Assembly (NCBI RefSeq): GCF_037042905.1
Contig: NC_087251.1
Coordinates: 24,802,001 to 24,866,000 of the forward strand
Direction of reading: 5' to 3'
Source of the DNA: Lytechinus pictus
Lineage: Eukaryota
Length of the DNA: 64,000 nucleotides
In this document: one piece after another, positions 59,679 to 64,000 of the stretch
Numbering within the stretch: the first letter of the stretch is position 1
Layout of the letters: the number at the start of each line of letters is the position of its first letter
Notes under the pieces: generated by a model
What the model saw: only the letters and a program-made list of their open reading frames with translations
What the model was told of the DNA's origin: nothing
Database searches by the model: none
Made by a program: the position numbers and the translations under genes

Positions 59679-61245
59679 CAGTGGCGTAACAGGCGGGGGG
59701 CAGGGGGGCAAGTTGCCCCCCCCCCCTAGCGGATTTCACCGGGAAAAGAAAAGAAAAGCGGGAAAAGAAAAAAAAAGGAGGAAGAAAGAAAGGGAAAGGG
59801 GAAAGAAAGGGGGAAAGGAAAGGGACAGGGAAAAGAAAACGAAGAATTTTTTTAATGGGAAAGGAAGGAAAGCAGGAAATGTATACCAAAAAAGAACAAT
59901 TGAGAAAGAACAAATAATTCGGAAAAAGGCCTATATGTAATGCAATAGCACCGTGGGAAATAAATCAAAAGATGAAAAAATGGCAAACAATAGCGGGAAA
60001 CGTAGGTAGAATGGGATTAGTCAAAACCTAAATTGGAAAACAAAGAAAAGGGACAAGAAAAAAATAATAACATGACCGGGCTGCCGATGATTGAAATTCA
60101 TGAGTGGGAAGAAAGATGGACTGCAAACAACATTGTGCTATAAGTTTGCTAAATTATATTCAAATAAGCTACCGGGGCTTTGCCCCCCCCCCCCCCAGAC
60201 CCCAAGCAGGCTCTTTATTTATAACCTTCAAATGGCTCTATAACGCCCCCCGTTCAATCATGTTCAATCACTGGCATACAGGCGCGAGGGGGGGGGGGGG
60301 TCTTGGTTCCACACCCAAGAGGAAATAAAAGAAATTATAGGAGACAACGTATAATGAAATGAATGGAAACAATGAAATGTGTTATTTGCTGAATATATAA
60401 TGGAAAAATATATCACATAATTAGAATTTAATTTCAATAGGCAATTTTTTTCCAGCTCGCTTTGAACGCTAGCACTTTTTACAAAGTTTTCCCACATTGC
60501 TATGATTTGCCCCATCAAAATATTTGGTTAATTACGCAACTGGGTTGAATCTATGTGTTGTGTAAAAGCTGTATTCTATATATACCTGCGATTTGATTAA
60601 AATAGCGGCAATCTGCGAGGTTTAAATGGCTTTGATATCATGAAGTTCGGGGGCTCCGCCCCGGACCCCAACCGCACAGCACTTTGTATGGAAGGGTTGG
60701 GCCATGGCCCCAAAAGTTCTACAAAGAACAAACAAAAAAGGAGGAAATAAAAGCAAAGGAAAAGTGTAGGATATGATTTTATTTACTGAATATGTCAAAA
60801 AATAGCTCAAAGTTAGATTCTCATGAAGCAGTGATTTTTTCTCACTCGCTTCGCTCGCTCGGGACAGCTTTTTAGCACATGTGCTGTAGCTGCACCCCTG
60901 GTTTTTTATTTTTTTTACTCTTCACTGCCGCAAAGAATCATGTTCACAGTGGCGTACAGACCACAAAAAAGGAATCTAAAGAGAGAAGAGTGAAATATAT
61001 TATTCTTTGGATATCATGTCAAAATCTATCACAAAATTTGATTTTTGTATTAAAAGGGTCAAAATTTTGGTTCGCTCGCTTCGCTCGCATCTTTTTTTAA
61101 AGATAAATTCTGCCCAATACGCGATATCTGGCCTTCTAAAAATAGTCGCCTCATTACACCATTACGCCTGTTCAATGCATGATATGACCGGGAAATTTTA
61201 GGCTCTTGCCCCCCCCCCTGGCCACCGACCCCTGTTACGCCGCTG
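59679..61245. mobile_element. Non-autonomous hAT-like element
   Basis: TIRs CAGTGGCGTAACAGG / CCTGTTACGCCGCTG; exact 8-bp TSD TCCCCCGC (59671-59678, 61246-61253); internal GCTCGCTTCGCTCGC motifs and a purine tract. Confidence 0.85.
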
Positions 61246-61961
61246 TCCCCCGCCCCCCACTTTCCACTCCAGCCCCTCTCTCAGTTTATGTAGCAACATA
61301 ATTCTCAGATCATGGCTCAATCCACTTGATCCGATTCATTTGGTCTAATTAATATTTGACCCAACCACCAATAAGTCTAATAATCAATTAGTCTTATGAT
61401 CATTTGCTCTAATGGCCAGATCGAATATTCTCACTTCATCTTCTAATTATATTGCACTTTGTAAAAATAATAATTGCTTCATAGGAAGTTCAAATTATCA
61501 TTATAGAACAAGTTGTTTTTAGACCAAGAAGGTATAGCCTAACTGGATCGAAGTTAGACAAAATTTAAAAAAAAAGCCAATGAACCAAAATGGTAAGTAG
61601 AAAAAGTGGTAACAGACAAAGTAGGATTAGACCATGGATCCTAGTGAGAACAAAATAATATAAAGTAGACATGGTGGCAATTTAATTACTCCCGATCGAC
61701 CCACCCCCCCTCTCTCTTTCTTTTATGCAGTTCTAGAAATTTGACCTTCTATATCAATTCTTGTCATCACACATGTGCAATATAGCAAAAATGATTGTGA
61801 AGGTTTGTGCAAGTATTAATATCTGACAGCATTTTCAAGGAGTTATGAAATATTTGCTTAGGCCCGAATTCCAACAAAATTGCGTGCACCACCACCTACC
61901 GTCACAACAATCCCATCCCAGTTTAGCTTCTTCAAGGTTCAAGGCTACTACTGATTATGCT

Positions 61962-62063
61962 GCAGTCCCATTTCCGGCCGTACGGCGAGTCGAAAATAGC
62001 AGTTTTATTTATTTTTATTCGAACCTACTCGCCGTACGGCCGTCGTAGGGGAAATGTGACTGC
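61962..62063. repeat. Short fold-back element upstream of BPNT1
   Basis: GCAGTCCCATTTCC-GGCCGTACGGCGAGT ... ACTCGCCGTACGGCC-...-GGAAATGTGACTGC. Confidence 0.65.
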
Positions 62064-62634
62064 GCCATTACTGCTTTAAATTCAATTTCTTTTTCAAATA
62101 ACAGCAGTCTCGCAATAATGAGGTCTCTGAAATTTGAATCAAACATGCTGTTTCCATAAATTAAATCAGGGCGGTCTATCCATGCACAAACCATTTGGCA
62201 CCAAAGCGCTACTTGATGAAAACAAAACATGGAGCAAATGACCTTGACCTACCTTTTAATGTTTTGTTTACATTCTTCGAACACCATTTCCGTTTTCCCA
62301 CGCGTACAGGTCAGTGCGCGGTACTGCCGCGCTGCGCTGATGATGCGTACGTCGTAATCAGCTCTGATATCGGCCATCGCCAGTATTGCAGGCATGCAAG
62401 CCGCAGAAAGTGAAGTGTATTGCAGCGCCCGCGCCCCTCCTCGCTCGCTTCGCCGCTGTCGAGTCGTCCCTGCCTGCTGCATGAAACTGCTGTGCGCTAT
62501 TCACCATATCACAATACTGGAGCAAGTAAGAGTGGATGACTGAGTATTTCGCGGAACTGATCACCGAGCTGTGGAAGGAAAATTGACATTGAAACTGAAC
62601 ATTCAGAGTTATTTCTTTTTCATTCAGCATCGAG

Positions 62635-62760
62635 ATGGCCGGTGAAATATCTCTGGTGATGCGACTGATGTCGGCATCAGTGTCGATAGCAAACAGAGCA
62701 GGGTCCATTGTGAGGGATATCATGAAAGCAGGAGATTTGGGGGTTGTCATGAAAAATCAG
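62635..62760 (+). CDS. BPNT1: 3'(2'),5'-bisphosphate nucleotidase 1, first coding exon (gene continues beyond the window)
   Basis: MAGEISLVMRLMSASVSIANRAGSIVRDIMKAGDLGVVMKNQ followed by the donor GTAAGA; resembles the BPNT1 N-terminus (LMRL..S..SIA..AG.IVR....GDLG.V.K). Acceptor CAG at 62625-62627; an upstream non-coding exon probably ends at 62525 (GTAAGA). Not in the ORF track. Confidence 0.85.
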
Positions 62761-64000
62761 GTAAGAGGAACTAGAAAGTCAGAGTAGTAACGGTGCAGAC
62801 ATGTCGCATGTTTGTAAACCATGATTGGATGTGATGCGATGTGTATGCATGAAGATCTACTCATTTTAAGGTTGAAAGATTTGTGGTGTTTAAATGCTTG
62901 ATACGAGGGGGGGGGGGGGGGTGAAAGAGAAATAAGTGCAAAATTATTATCATGGTGGACCAAAACTGAAGAACTTGAAAATGGACTGGGTTACAAAAGT
63001 TGAGATCCAACATAATTTACACATATCATTATCAGAAATGTTTGTTAATGCCATATTAATCTCTAATGTTCTCTTTTTATTATTAAGCAGCATTAATAAT
63101 GATGTTAGGCTGATTAAGATTTATGAATGGATTTGACATTAAATTTTGTGTTTATAGTTAAATGTTTGGTGCAGTCAGCACAGTGACTATTTCATTATTT
63201 CAGCAAAGTAGCAAACGTGCATATATCCACATGATCTCAATCAAACAAGACTAGCAATAAGCTAAAACTTTCCATCTGCATTAGGGTGACAGATATTCAT
63301 AAAAAAAATTGAGTTCTGTTTTATTCATGCAAAGGGCTCAAGATGCAATCTTTCTCATAAAAGAAATTGAAGTTTGTGTAAAATGGATGAGTACTAGTAA
63401 GACAATAACTATACAAGAGGGATGTACTCTAATTGAAGAAGAAGAGTTGTGATTTTTTTTTAATGTAAAAAATGATATACATGTATGGATGATTTTCCTT
63501 TAAAAATGAAACATTACAATTAACACAGCTATAATTTTATTGCGATTCTTGGTATATTTTTCTTCAAAATATGATATGGTAGGCCTATTGATTTTTTTTC
63601 TTTGTAATTATTACAGAAATTCTTATTCTATTGTAAATTTTAGGTGCAATGATAACAGAATTCCACAAATGTATGGCTTCAGTGCCCCCCACCCCCCCAA
63701 AAAAAAGCCCTGCTTTCTGATATTTCACCAAAAAATAGTTAACCCTTGGGTAGTAAAATTATTTTATTGTTAGAGATTTACAAGTTGAAGTGAGAAAGGA
63801 CTGTTAACCCCCCCCCCAAAAAAAAATGTTATGCAGAATTGTTACCTGTAGGCCTACATGTAGTTCTATGTATACATGTACATGCTATATAAGATTATGA
63901 TGTTTGAAAATGTATCGGTACACAGTCAGAAGGTGTTAGACAAAATCAACAATTTCCTTTTCTAAGGGTGTCCAAACACTATGCAATATTGAAAGAAAGA

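Noticed and set aside
62358..62750. 130-aa minus-strand ORF
   Set aside because: It is the antisense shadow of the BPNT1 5' exons.

Overview
AT-rich, intron-containing animal genomic DNA; the repeat repertoire and gene content suggest an invertebrate deuterostome such as a sea urchin (inference). Three host genes can be reconstructed by splicing. (1) A complete 14-exon DRC7/CCDC135 gene (+, 6024-18262, 858 aa). (2) A convergent 5-coding-exon gene (-, 36834-26759, 655 aa) encoding a putatively N-myristoylated ARM-repeat / TIR / Pro-rich / SAM-like protein: the SARM1 domain set in a different order, with the TIR glutamate retained. (3) The first coding exon of BPNT1 (+, 62635-62760). Mobile DNA includes a very recent full-length Ty3/Gypsy element (-, 44520-52755) with apparently identical LTRs, a tRNA-Leu PBS and a -1 frameshift site, nested in a MITE. 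There is also a 543-bp TSD-flanked insertion in DRC7 intron 6 that forms a perfect 225-bp hairpin with a minimal hammerhead-like motif in its loop (Penelope-like). The rest comprises a decayed Gypsy, several TSD-defined non-autonomous DNA transposons, MITEs, tRNA-derived SINEs and tandem duplications. All coordinates and alignments were read by eye.
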